From Lophium mytilinum (lineage: Eukaryota), in assembly GCA_010093605.1 (NCBI GenBank), contig MU004183.1, positions 992,001 through 1,056,000 of the forward strand: 64,000 nucleotides of DNA, written 5' to 3'. A model generated the notes under the pieces. That model was given only the letters and a program-made list of their open reading frames with translations, was not told the origin of the DNA and ran no database searches. Every line of letters begins with the position of its first letter. Positions within the stretch are counted from its first letter, which is position 1. Shown piece after piece: positions 12,344-22,786 of the stretch. Position numbers and translations under genes: made by a program.

Positions 12344-14457
12344 ATGGAGTCCTCGCTAGGAGACGACGCTACTGAAGCCGACTCGCATGCAATAGCTTAC
12401 TACCAGGAAAACACCGCCGCCTATGAGCGCTTTCGGACATCGTCGCCGCGGTTTCCTGTGTGCTACGCGTGCTGGTCAATTACGGGTACCTTTAACAAGC
12501 CACATCACTTTATTCCGCGATCTGGCTCAGGGTTCGCCTATGGAGTGCCTGTACGTGTTCTGTCTTTGAGAGAGTCAGCTAAGGGATGCTCTATGTGTGG
12601 CTTATTCTGGACCCATATTCAAAAATCCTTGATCCGATGCAATATCGCCAAGAGCGACGATATAATTTGCAGCGCCGAGGCATATGTTGACTCAACCTAT
12701 CAATGCTGTCGGTCTTTTACTGGAAGTTGGCCTATTGTTGCTCTCCGTCTAAGATTCCGTTCGGGATCGTTGCAGGACGTAGAAGGGAATAAATTTGAGG
12801 CCTACAGTCTAAAGGGTATACGATTCTGCACAGGCTAGTCTGTATGAGCTGATTATAAACAATTCCAGGGGACGTTGCGGCAAGATATCTTCCCAAATCA
12901 CCTCCCACCAGAGATTATCACTCGGATACAGCTTTCAGCGCGATTCGAACTTGGCTCAAGGACTGTGAAATCAACCATCCACCGTGCCAGCTACATTTCG
13001 CAGAGTCACCAACACGACTGATTGATGTTAGGCCTTGGGACGAGCATCAAGAGGGTCTCAAACTAGTATCTAGCCATGGCAAGTACAGGCCTTATGCAGC
13101 TCTGAGTTACTGTTGGGGATGCTCACTACGGACTACTACCACTACCTCAAATTATCGGGAAATGTGTGCCGGTTTCAGCATCAAGTCTCTTGATAAAAGT
13201 ATCCGAGATGCCGTCGTCGTGGCATGGAAACTCGGCTTCAGATACCTTTGGGTAAGAACACCGTCAATGTCGTTGCCGGGGCGCCGATAAACGAGCTGAC
13301 TGATGTGATATAGGTAGATTCACTTTGTATCATTCAGGACGACCTTGCCGACAAGAAACGTGAGCTGAACCACATGGGAGACATCTACAAGAACGCCCTT
13401 TTGACAATATCTGCGGCAAACTCCTCAAAAGCATCCCATAGATTCTTGAGAGCATACCCAGCCGTGGAACCAGATATCGTCTTACCCTACGCTTGCGCCG
13501 ATGGAACGACAGGGTGGATCCACCTAAAAAGGGAACCTTTCGCCTCGGAAATGCCGGATTCAATCCTTTCGAGGGCCTGGACACTCCAAGAGAGTGTGCT
13601 GTCCAGACGCCTTCCCATTTATACATCGTTCGGTCAACTCAGATGGCAATGCCGGACAGTCAAACTAGTGGATGGCGGTTTGAACGAGGATGGCCAGTCT
13701 CTATATGAAGTACAACGACCCGAGCTTGCCTACGATAACCAGGAAAGCCCTGATCCACAAGATGTTATTCGACAATGCCGAGAATACGTCTTTCTATACA
13801 CCCGACAAGAACTGACCTACGTTGAGGACAGACCTCTCGCTATTGATGCCATTGCCAAAGAGCTGCTCAAGATGCTCCCGCAGGATGTCGAATACAAAGC
13901 TGACTTGTTCAGTACCCTCTTGGCTCCGCAAACTGACCTGGACGGTTGGCCGCGATGGAAAAAATATACCAAGGCCGTCGCCGCCCATCGCACCCTCGTG
14001 GTCATGGATGTCAGTTAACAGCCCCGTTACTCTCAGCGACGAAGAGCGCAAATCCCAGATTGAGTTAATAGACTGGTCTGCCACTACATTGATCATCTTG
14101 CCTCAACAGGGTGTGGGATCCAACACCCGAGGAGGCCATCTCAAGCTTCGAGGCCAAATCAGAGCCTGTGGAACGTTCATGACTTCCAGTCTTCTTGCTT
14201 CCAGGCGCTTGACTACTTGCATGGACGAACCTGAATCGTCGACTCCTGAGGAGATGCTTGACACGACCTGGCTCCAGACCGCGTCGTTCGAGCGGCAGGG
14301 CGCCGAAGGACTGATCCTAAAGTCCAAGGGAGACGTTTTCACTCGGCTTGGGGTATGGGTTTGGAGAGCTCAGAACCGTCAAGAGAAATCCTGGCGTGGG
14401 AAAACGCCAATATCTGGCCCTGCTGAATCACGATTGTATAGTATCACACTTGTTTGA
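12344..14457 (+). pseudogene. HET (heterokaryon incompatibility) domain gene with a +1 frameshift near 13930
   Basis: Splicing introns 12816-12868 and 13252-13313 gives PTRLIDV...YAALSYCWG...LGFRYLW|VDSLCIIQDD...MGDIYKNA...RAWTLQE; the downstream APSWSW motif lies in a different frame. Confidence 0.8.
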
Positions 14458-14555
14458 CACTGTAAGATGTACCCCAGGTCTGTCATAGAAAACCGCACCA
14501 AATTTAAAGATTAGGACGTCCTAAATGAAGAGGTCCCTTGTTCAACCACGCAGAA

Positions 14556-15009
14556 CTACTTCTTCCCATCGTTTGCCTCCGGGAACCATCTCTTCGCCGC
14601 CTCGATCGTGTCGTCCGGCTGTGTGTTAAACAGGAGCTTCGTACGAGGAGATTTCTCGTGTACAGTATTGACAAGAGATTCAAAGAGCGGCGTGAACTGT
14701 CTATTGGCACGGATACCGATTCCTCTGCATCAGATTAGCTATCTACTTCGCATTGCGCGGAGCTAACAAGGCAACTTACATGCACACTCCAGACCACTCC
14801 TTCTCCTCAAGCACCTTCTCCAACCGACTCATGCTCTCCCCAGGCGCGTAGTCCAGGTATTGATACTCCAATCCAGCGTCCTTGAAATGCTGTTCATCGC
14901 GCGCTAAAGCCACCTTGACCCTCGCGATCATCTCTTCCGCCTTGTCAGCGCCGACAAGAGCTTCGTATTGGTCCCATGCTATGCCGATGAGGAGAAAGCA
15001 TGGCGCCAT
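14556..15009 (-). CDS. Small (~132 aa) hypothetical protein resembling an uncharacterised bacterial family
   Basis: Exon 15009-14780, intron 14779-14725 (GTAAGT...GCTAAT...CAG), exon 14724-14556: ...WSGVCIGIGIRANRQFTPLFESLVNTVHEKSPRTKLLFNTQPDDTIEAAKRWFP. Confidence 0.8.
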
Positions 15010-15484
15010 GGTAGTGTAGTGAAATATCGAGCGATTAGGTTCGAGCAATACGAGTGCGGGGATGGGGACAGCTTTATCTATCCGCCCCATGCACTAGAGG
15101 GGAGATTAGTCTAGAACCAAACGCTAATTTAGCACACAGAAGTAGTTAAAAGTGTAAACACGCGGATATCTCAGTGGTAGAATTCCAGTCTTACTCGCTC
15201 GACGCCACGATAAGGTGCGTCCCCGCTGGCATGTCTTCTTTCAGCCAAAGGGTAGCTCTATCTCCACAGTATCGACTTTTGCATCGTATTTAGCCTTGAG
15301 CCGGTCTCAAAAGCTGATCGGAATAACCAGAATGTGCATGAGGGCGAGACTCATGTCTAGTACCTGAAGTGGCAGTGGCTGAAAGCTTGGTGAAGTGTGC
15401 TAGCCCAAAATTAGATGCCCGCAGTAAGATTGGTGTAGCACAATCCCGAGCAGATAAAGTAACGGGCCATAAGTCTGGGCACAC

Positions 15485-16465
15485 CGGTTCGTCACTGCTT
15501 GGGGCGCCCCTCAAGATTTTCAAAGATCCAAAGGCGATGTTAAGTTCTAAGCAGTGTAAATTAGACTGCATCTTAACTAAGCACCTGCTTAAAAGCCGGG
15601 CTACCCCTTACAGTAGTATCAGGTGAGCAACGTTAGAGCGAAGCAGTCAATTCGCTACTGCCTAGGGCAACTCCGAAGGATTTCGAGGATCCGAAGGCGA
15701 TGTCGAATTGCAAGCAGTGTAGATTAGACTGCCTCTTAACAAGATGGCTGCTCAACAGCCAGGCTACCCCCTACGGTGGTGTTGAGTGAGCAATATTAGA
15801 GCTAAGCAGTGACAGATCTGTGTGTTATAGGATTTCAAATAACCAAGGTGATGTTAGGTTTTAAGCAGTGTCGATTAGACTACCTTTTGGCTAATAAGCT
15901 GCTTAGCAGGCAGGCTACTCCCTACACTGGTATTAGATTAACAAAACTAACGCTTTCTCAGTCAAATATGCGAGATGAAGTGTAACAGTTGACGTAACGA
16001 GAATCAGGCTAGCTCTTAACAAAGTGATCGCCAGCTAGTGGGGCCACCCCTTACAGTGGTGTGGTGTTGAGTGAGCAACATTGAGCCAAGCAGCGATAGA
16101 TTTATGTGCCTAGGCTAATGGTTTAGTATTCGGTAACAGGGCAGAAGTTAGAGTATCTTGGGTCGCCACTGCTTCGGGCACCTCCACAAGGTTTTGAAGA
16201 TCCCAGGGCGATATCGAATTTCAAGCAGTGTAGATTAGGCTGCTCCTTAACTAACTATCTGCTTGATAGCCAGGCTACTCCCTATAGTGGTGTTGGCTCA
16301 ATAAGACCAAAACTTCTTTCGTCCAGTATGCGATGTTAAATAGAATAGTTCACGAAATAAAAATCAGACTACCTCTTGACACGGTGGTCACCGACCGCCG
16401 GGCCCACCCCTTACAGTGGTATCAAGCGAGCAACTCGGAAGCCAAGCAGTGACAGATCTGTGTGT
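15485..16465. repeat. Degenerate six-unit tandem array with higher-order structure
   Basis: Ungapped 60-nt core TYAGRCT...GCYACYCCYTAYRGTGGT starting at 15561, 15724, 15875, 16004, 16235 and 16364. Confidence 0.9.
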
Positions 16466-17003
16466 TCAGACTTGTGGCCTAGGACGTCTAGAGTCAACGC
16501 AAAGGTGGGAAGCGAAGTGTGCTTTTCGGTTTGCATTTTTTTGTCAAAGTTCATGGATTTAAAAAGAGAAAGCAGAGCCATAGACTAAGAAGAAGGAGTT
16601 GATAGAAAAGCAAGATGAAGAGTCCCAAGTAAAGCTCGTCGGCTTAATGAGAAGATGCTAGCTAAATCCAAACCGCAGATGAAGTGACTGAGGCAAAGGA
16701 AAATTCACGCCAAGAAAGTCAGATGGTACTTCAACCCTCTGGATTAACCAATTAACATGCATTGAAAAGTAGCACTAGTGAAGCAGCAAATGAATTGAGG
16801 CGAGGATGTCGATCAAGAATCAAGAGTGGTTAGAGCAGTCGACGCCAGATTTGGCAACGAGTTGGTCTGAAAAGTTGAAGGCGATTGGCATGTCTGGGTC
16901 ATTAGCAAAGGGATGTCGACAACACCAGTCGTAGTCGTTCTTTGTCACCCCTCTCGGGCGTCTAAATTTCTTCCCTAGCTCCTTCTCCCATTGACGCGGA
17001 TCT

Positions 17004-18668
17004 TCATATGCGCTTTTTCGCAACCATTTGATCCGAGAAGTCAAAAATTCCACTTTCCACGTCAGAATCTCGGTCGCTGCCATCTTCAGAGAACACCGAA
17101 CTCAAGCATTCATCTCTCGAACATCTCTTCCGGCTCGGGCCTCGATATTCTTCACCTAGCTCTTTCTCCCAAGCGTATAGATCCCGGAGTTCCGTATCTC
17201 TGTCAATTCTCACTGATCCTTCCTCCAGAGTTAGAATTTGGGGAAGTTTGGTGAGAAACGGCCGCCAAACGTTAGGGATTTTACGTGGATGACCGCCGGT
17301 ACCACCACGGAATAGGAAGACTCTGTCTAGACCTAGAGCTTTCAACGTCGAACTGTGTGTCTTGCAGAATGCCCAAAGCGATTTTGATGTTGCAATAGTC
17401 TCTTCGAGAAACAGCTTACGGAGTTTAGGGAAATGTAAGCTCAAGACTTGGTCGATCGTGTCGTTTTTGTCGTTTTTGGGAGAGTGAAAACGAGATTCCC
17501 GATCAGCAATCAATGCCAAAGACTCAAGGCTGGGGCAATGACGCAACCCCTCAACAAGAGGATTGACGTCTTGTGAGGACAGACGGCTGACTCCAAAGCC
17601 ATGACAGCCCAGCTTGAAGTGGATGTGAATGTGTTTGAGGTTTGCGAAGACTTTGCCGGTGTTGATGTGAACTTTCGCGGGATACGGTGTCAGAAAGCTG
17701 GTTGGGATGCGCACTTCGTTGTGCCCAAGTCTAAGTTGGCGGATGGTGTTCTTGCTGTGAAGAGCCGCTTCCATGAGAGTATCAAATCCGTGCCAAAACT
17801 CTCGTTGGCAAAGAAAACTTCCTTCTGAAAACAAGCTCTCCCCGTCGCATTGGTCACACTCTCCGAAGTTGTCGCAGCTCCAGATCCTCCTAATCTTGTG
17901 CGGCCGAAAGACAGTGTTCTCACTTTTGTAATCCCAAGAATTGCCCCTATGCCAAAGCTCTGGTACGTTCCATCCAACCGCTCCAGTCTCGGTGCTGTTA
18001 ATGAAACTGAGCGACGTGATATTAGGCATCTTCTGAAAGGCTTTGGTTAGGGCCATAAGGTCGGCCTTGGAAGCAAGCTCACGCTCTTGAGAAGCCAAAC
18101 GTTGTGTATAAACTTCGTGCATGCGATCCATTGCTTGTACCACCTCCGGAGTGACATAGGGGGAGAAACGACTCAGCCATTTGTCGTGGTTAGGCCAGGC
18201 GCCGTCGTCTTCGTGATGTAGAGTAAACTCTCCGGCTTTGATCATTTCACACATGTACCAGTCGACAGCCTCTTTGTAGTATTCATCACGGTCGCGGAGA
18301 TTGCCCGCAATCCGACTTCCGATATAAACTACCTCGCGGACTGCTTTACTGTACTGAGGGTGATCGCAGATAGCTTCGAACGCGCGCAGTGACTTCGGAG
18401 AGGCATCCAGATATAGGCAGGTGAGATTCGTAGTGAGCCATAGATCCCCTATACCAGCAAGCAGCTTACAAACGAGTCTGGCATTGCGGAGGTCTGCCAG
18501 CTCGAAGTACTGCTTTGACGGGCCGTCGGAGGTCTCGTAGCGGCTGCATCTGAAGTAAAGGTCGGGTAGAAAAGAAACGATCTCAAGCAGGATCTCGTTT
18601 GGGAGGTCGAGTAGTCTGAACAGAGCGGCTGAACCAAGTCTAGTCCTCGTTAGCGATTGTAGTTTCAT
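17004..18668 (-). CDS. F-box domain protein with an LRR-like C-terminal half
   Basis: LLDLPNEILLEIVSFL...DLRNARLVCKLL F-box; MPNITSLSF, CPSLESLAL, FPKLRKLFL; intronless, 554 aa. Confidence 0.85.
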   Translation of the reverse strand: MKLQSLTRTRLGSAALFRLLDLPNEILLEIVSFLPDLYFRCSRYETSDGPSKQYFELADLRNARLVCKLLAGIGDLWLTTNLTCLYLDASPKSLRAFEAICDHPQYSKAVREVVYIGSRIAGNLRDRDEYYKEAVDWYMCEMIKAGEFTLHHEDDGAWPNHDKWLSRFSPYVTPEVVQAMDRMHEVYTQRLASQERELASKADLMALTKAFQKMPNITSLSFINSTETGAVGWNVPELWHRGNSWDYKSENTVFRPHKIRRIWSCDNFGECDQCDGESLFSEGSFLCQREFWHGFDTLMEAALHSKNTIRQLRLGHNEVRIPTSFLTPYPAKVHINTGKVFANLKHIHIHFKLGCHGFGVSRLSSQDVNPLVEGLRHCPSLESLALIADRESRFHSPKNDKNDTIDQVLSLHFPKLRKLFLEETIATSKSLWAFCKTHSSTLKALGLDRVFLFRGGTGGHPRKIPNVWRPFLTKLPQILTLEEGSVRIDRDTELRDLYAWEKELGEEYRGPSRKRCSRDECLSSVFSEDGSDRDSDVESGIFDFSDQMVAKKRI

Positions 18669-19070
18669 CGATTCCGCTATCTAAAGCGCTTCAGGCCGAA
18701 GAGCATGTACTTACTTCATGTTTCCAGATTCGCCCGTAGGAATGTCCCCCGAGTTCTCTTTGCTCGCGGCGACGTTCATGGTGTAGACTTACGAACGAGA
18801 TCGCGGAGAAGTGTAGTGTAGAGGTGACGGAGGTTGGGCGGAGAGTGAAGAGTGAAAAGTTCTGGAGTTCAAACAGAGTTGCCACGTGACTAAGACCTCA
18901 CTTCACCTCACCTCATCGATTGGTTCAGAATGACTACGATGGCATTACTAAGAGATTTACCGCACGCAAGCATTCCATATATAACCAAGGCCTATGGCCC
19001 TGGGAATACGTATCTAATGCACTTGAATCGAATTAATCGCCACCCACCAGCTTACCGGCCAACCCACCAC

Positions 19071-21017
19071 TCATTGCCCCTGGCAGCCGCTCCGAATATT
19101 ATCGTACTTACTATCAGGATACTCAAGATTGTTGTTCTGCTTTGCCAACTTCTCGCCGTCCTGCCCACCTAGCGCCAGTACGACCTGGAAAACTGTTAGC
19201 AATCCATTACTCCGTTCGCGCCCATCAGAGTAGTCACTCACATTCTGGATGATACTCCCTGTGTCATTCCTGTCCCCACTGGTCTCCCACCACATAGCGC
19301 CACCAAGCCCTTGCTCCTTGATCCATGCCACCTTCTTGACGGCCATGCTCACGGTGTCGTAGCTCACCATTGTTCTGGCAGTGGGATCGTAGCTCCAGCT
19401 CGCACCAACATTATCGTCCAGGAACTCCTGTGCGCCGGGCTTGGGGAGCACCTTGTAATCCCAGATCCCATTCTCCCAGCTTCCGTCGCCAACACCGCTG
19501 TAGTTCTTCCCGGGTCCATCCGTGTTCGTGAACGCGCGGCCGTAAAGCGGCATACCCAGAACGAGTTTGCCAGCTGGGACGCCGCCGGCAATGTAGTCGC
19601 TAACGGCAGCTGATGAGGAGAAGGGCGTGCAGCCGGATGGGTCGTGGTTGATGTTGGCTTGGTGGCCGGCACAGCTATCCCAGGCACCAGAGTAGTCATA
19701 AGCCATGAGGTTGATGAAGTCGACTACGTTGGCGATCTCTTGAAGAGGGAGGTACTGGTAGTTTTGTTTGCCGGCCGGTGCGGCGATCGTAAGGTCGAAC
19801 TTTGGATGGCTGGGCAGCGTGGCCGCGTATGCGTCCATAGCGGAGCGGATTGCTTGGAGCAGCTGCACGAACTGCTCACCTTGCTCGTGGGATGATGGGT
19901 ACTCCCAGTCGACGTCGATACCGTCGAAGCCTACGTCTTTGATAAGTTGGACGCAGGAGTCTGCGAACTTCTGGCGCCCGGCCGCGGTGGAGGCGGGAGC
20001 ATCGAAGTGCTTGGATTCGTGGGCATAGGTCCAACCGCCGATGGAGAGGAGAACCTTGAGGTTGCGGTTACGCTTCTTGAGGAGGAAGAATTGTTTCAAG
20101 CAACCGTAGATGTTGTTGCCGGTGTCGTTCCATGAGTCACCCGCATTGTGCTTCTCTACGTCGGACCAACTGTCGGTCAGGATGCTGGTGGCATATTAGC
20201 GGTGGACGAAAGGAAAAGCAAGATGGAGAGTGACAAACACTGTGCCGTCGGGCTGGTTGTCAGCGAATGAGTAGAGGACGTGGGTTAGTTTCTCTGCAGG
20301 GATGTCCCAAGGGTTATGGTTGCGGGCGTAGATGGCCTGCGTGACGAATAGATTAGCGAGTGGCTCCACTAACTCCATGAGTTTGGGTTGAGAGCGGCAA
20401 ACATCGATATCAATCGTAACACCAAATAGGAAAAGTAAACTCACCCAATTGACAAAGTAGGCCACAGCCTTATACCCATCATGAGGATGGCCCATATCGT
20501 GATCACTTGGTGTCTCAGACGGAAATGAAATAGATTCCACTGCCGTTGGTTTTAATGGCACAGGGACGTACGGTGGGGTAGTTTCCGAAGGATAGGTTGG
20601 CTCGTAGCTTGGCTCAGTGGTTTCCGGAGGGTATACTGGTTCGTAGCTTGGCTCGGAGGTTTCCACGGGTTCGTAGCTTGGTTCGGACGTTTCCTCTGGT
20701 CCGGGTGACGGCCAATACTCTGAATTCGGGTCTTCGGGATAAGGTAAGTATGCTGTGAAGGTCGTATCAGGAGTCTCGATAATAGTCTTGTATAATGTGG
20801 TGTCGAAGACGTCAGTCACGACCGGGGGCTCTTCTGGTGGAAATGTGGGATCTGACACAGTATGGCGGGTGACGGGAGTTTCTTGTGGGGTTCCGTACTT
20901 GAAAGAGGTTAGGAAGAAGCGCTTGAGAAGTGAAGTCTGAGGAGAAAGAAGGATAGATATAAAGAGAACGCTAAGAGAAGCGAAAAGAACTATGATTGCA
21001 CTCGAGGCTCTCGGCAT
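19071..21017 (-). CDS. GH18 chitinase (subgroup A) with an N-terminal hydrophobic anchor and a P/E/T/Y-rich linker
   Basis: AYFVNW|AIYARNH, LKVLLSIGGW, catalytic FDGIDVDWEYP, NLMAYDY, LGGAMWWE; introns 20337-20444, 20185-20238 and 19185-19241. Confidence 0.93.
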
Positions 21018-21294
21018 TGCCAGCAGTCGTGAATGTGGTGTGGCGCAGCACCCCAGGCCTCAGCTCAAAATGTGACGACGCGTGGAAACCAAGCAGTTGG
21101 CGAGACAAGATCAGCGTCTGACGCCACACTAGAGTCGTGGCATTGACAGCGCTATGTAACGGGGCCTACAGCTGAGGAAAGAGAGAGCAGCTATGAACAG
21201 CGCTCGGGAAGCTATCGATGCAGGTGGCGAAACGGGGAGAATGAGAGCTAGGAACGACGGGCTTTCGAGGTACGCAGTTGAGCAGAGTACCTAC

Positions 21295-21548
21295 GAATCG
21301 TTGACCGAACTTCGCCACCAGATCACTAAGATCTTTCAAGAATCCTGCTGTTTCTTGCTGCAGCTCGTCGCCCTGAAGACCGCCTGCAGGAAGCGCAGCA
21401 GCCGTGCAGAGGGCGACGAACGCCAGCAAACAAAAGCACCGTAGAGACTGCATTAGACATATTCCGCCGTCAGCCAATCAGCACCCTATCAAAACCACCA
21501 TCCCTCCAACATAAAAGAGAGAGACATCAACCATACCTGCTTCATCAT
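21295..21548 (-). CDS. Upstream signal-peptide exons, probably an alternative 5' end of the chitinase
   Basis: Exon 21548-21537 (MMKQ), intron 21536-21448 (GTATGG...GCTGAC...CAG), exon 21447-21295 (SLRCFCLLAFVALCTAAALPAGG...KFGQRF) ending at a GTAGGT donor. Confidence 0.6.
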
Positions 21549-22786
21549 GAACTAATCCAGCTGTACAGGACACACGCAAAAAGAACACAAAGAGCAATGT
21601 TGCTTCCACCCTTCGCAAAACGGGGCATTTCTCCCCCTCTTGAAGAATCCAACAAATTCAACAGACCCACTTCTCAGCAACAACAGTTGCATTCCACGGG
21701 CCTAGGCTGGTGACCCGTCTCCACCACCCATACATAGCACACACCCACCTCACCTCCGCCCGCAACTAGATCACCCTGCACACTTCCTGGATGAACCGCA
21801 AGGTAGAAGCGGTCCGATGCAAGGCTCGCCGTGTACCCTCACTACGGCCATTTGCGTACAGAACCGCCATCACCTAGGGGTGGGCGTCGACGCCCCGCGC
21901 TCCGCAACCCTGAGAAAGCTCGCTAGTCGGACAGTGTGTAACGGGCAACGCATCTCCTGCTCCGGGAAGGGCAGCAGGGTGTCATAGCCACGCCGCTCTC
22001 AGAAGGGCATGCAGGGCCAGAAACACAAACCGGCCCGTCCGCTTGTCAAGGGTTCTTTTGATCCGAGTCGAACCTACTGTTGTCCAGGTCGCTGGTAACT
22101 GCGGCGAACGGCCTATTTGAGCGTCTTGTGTGAGCGCAAAGCGCCCGGTCCGCTGGCCCCATATGAAACCCGCTTCATTATTCGCGTTGCCATGGCGAGA
22201 TCCCATGATCGGCTGAGAACATCATCTGAACAGTGCGAATCACGGGGGGACCATGTGCAGGTGACAGATGTCTGATTTGACATCCTTAACATATTGTACA
22301 AGAAGTCAAAGCGACCCGTGTCCTGTCATCCATCGAAGGCAGAAATAGCCAATGGAGACGAAAAAGGGCCAAAGCCGCTGAAATCCACTCCCTCATAACA
22401 CATAATGCCGTTTCCATACCACATGAGAAGCCTTTTTGACACCCCGAGATTTCGTAATGCCACCCGAGCTCACACCGAGGGTGCGAGCGTTCCCGGTAAA
22501 ATTGCCAGACTCCCGAAGATTCCTCCTCGGAAATAGACCTTGCGCCATCCATGAACAGCCTGTGACCCGCAGGGCCCACTGTAGTTTCCGTCTCGGCTTT
22601 GTACAGCGTATGCCGTCGCCGTGATCATGGAACAAACATTGAACGAAAGGAAGGGAATGTAGGGAAAGAGGGAGGGGATGTGCAGAAAGCATGTATATTG
22701 ACATACCAAAGAGAGGATATCCGGCCATAAGAGCGCGAATGTGCAACAGCCGTCCAGCGGTTGGCTTGTCGAGAAGGGCGCCCCTT

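Noticed and set aside
15485..16465. CRISPR interpretation of the array
   Set aside because: Eukaryotic context, no cas genes, long degenerate repeats, and spacers homologous to each other
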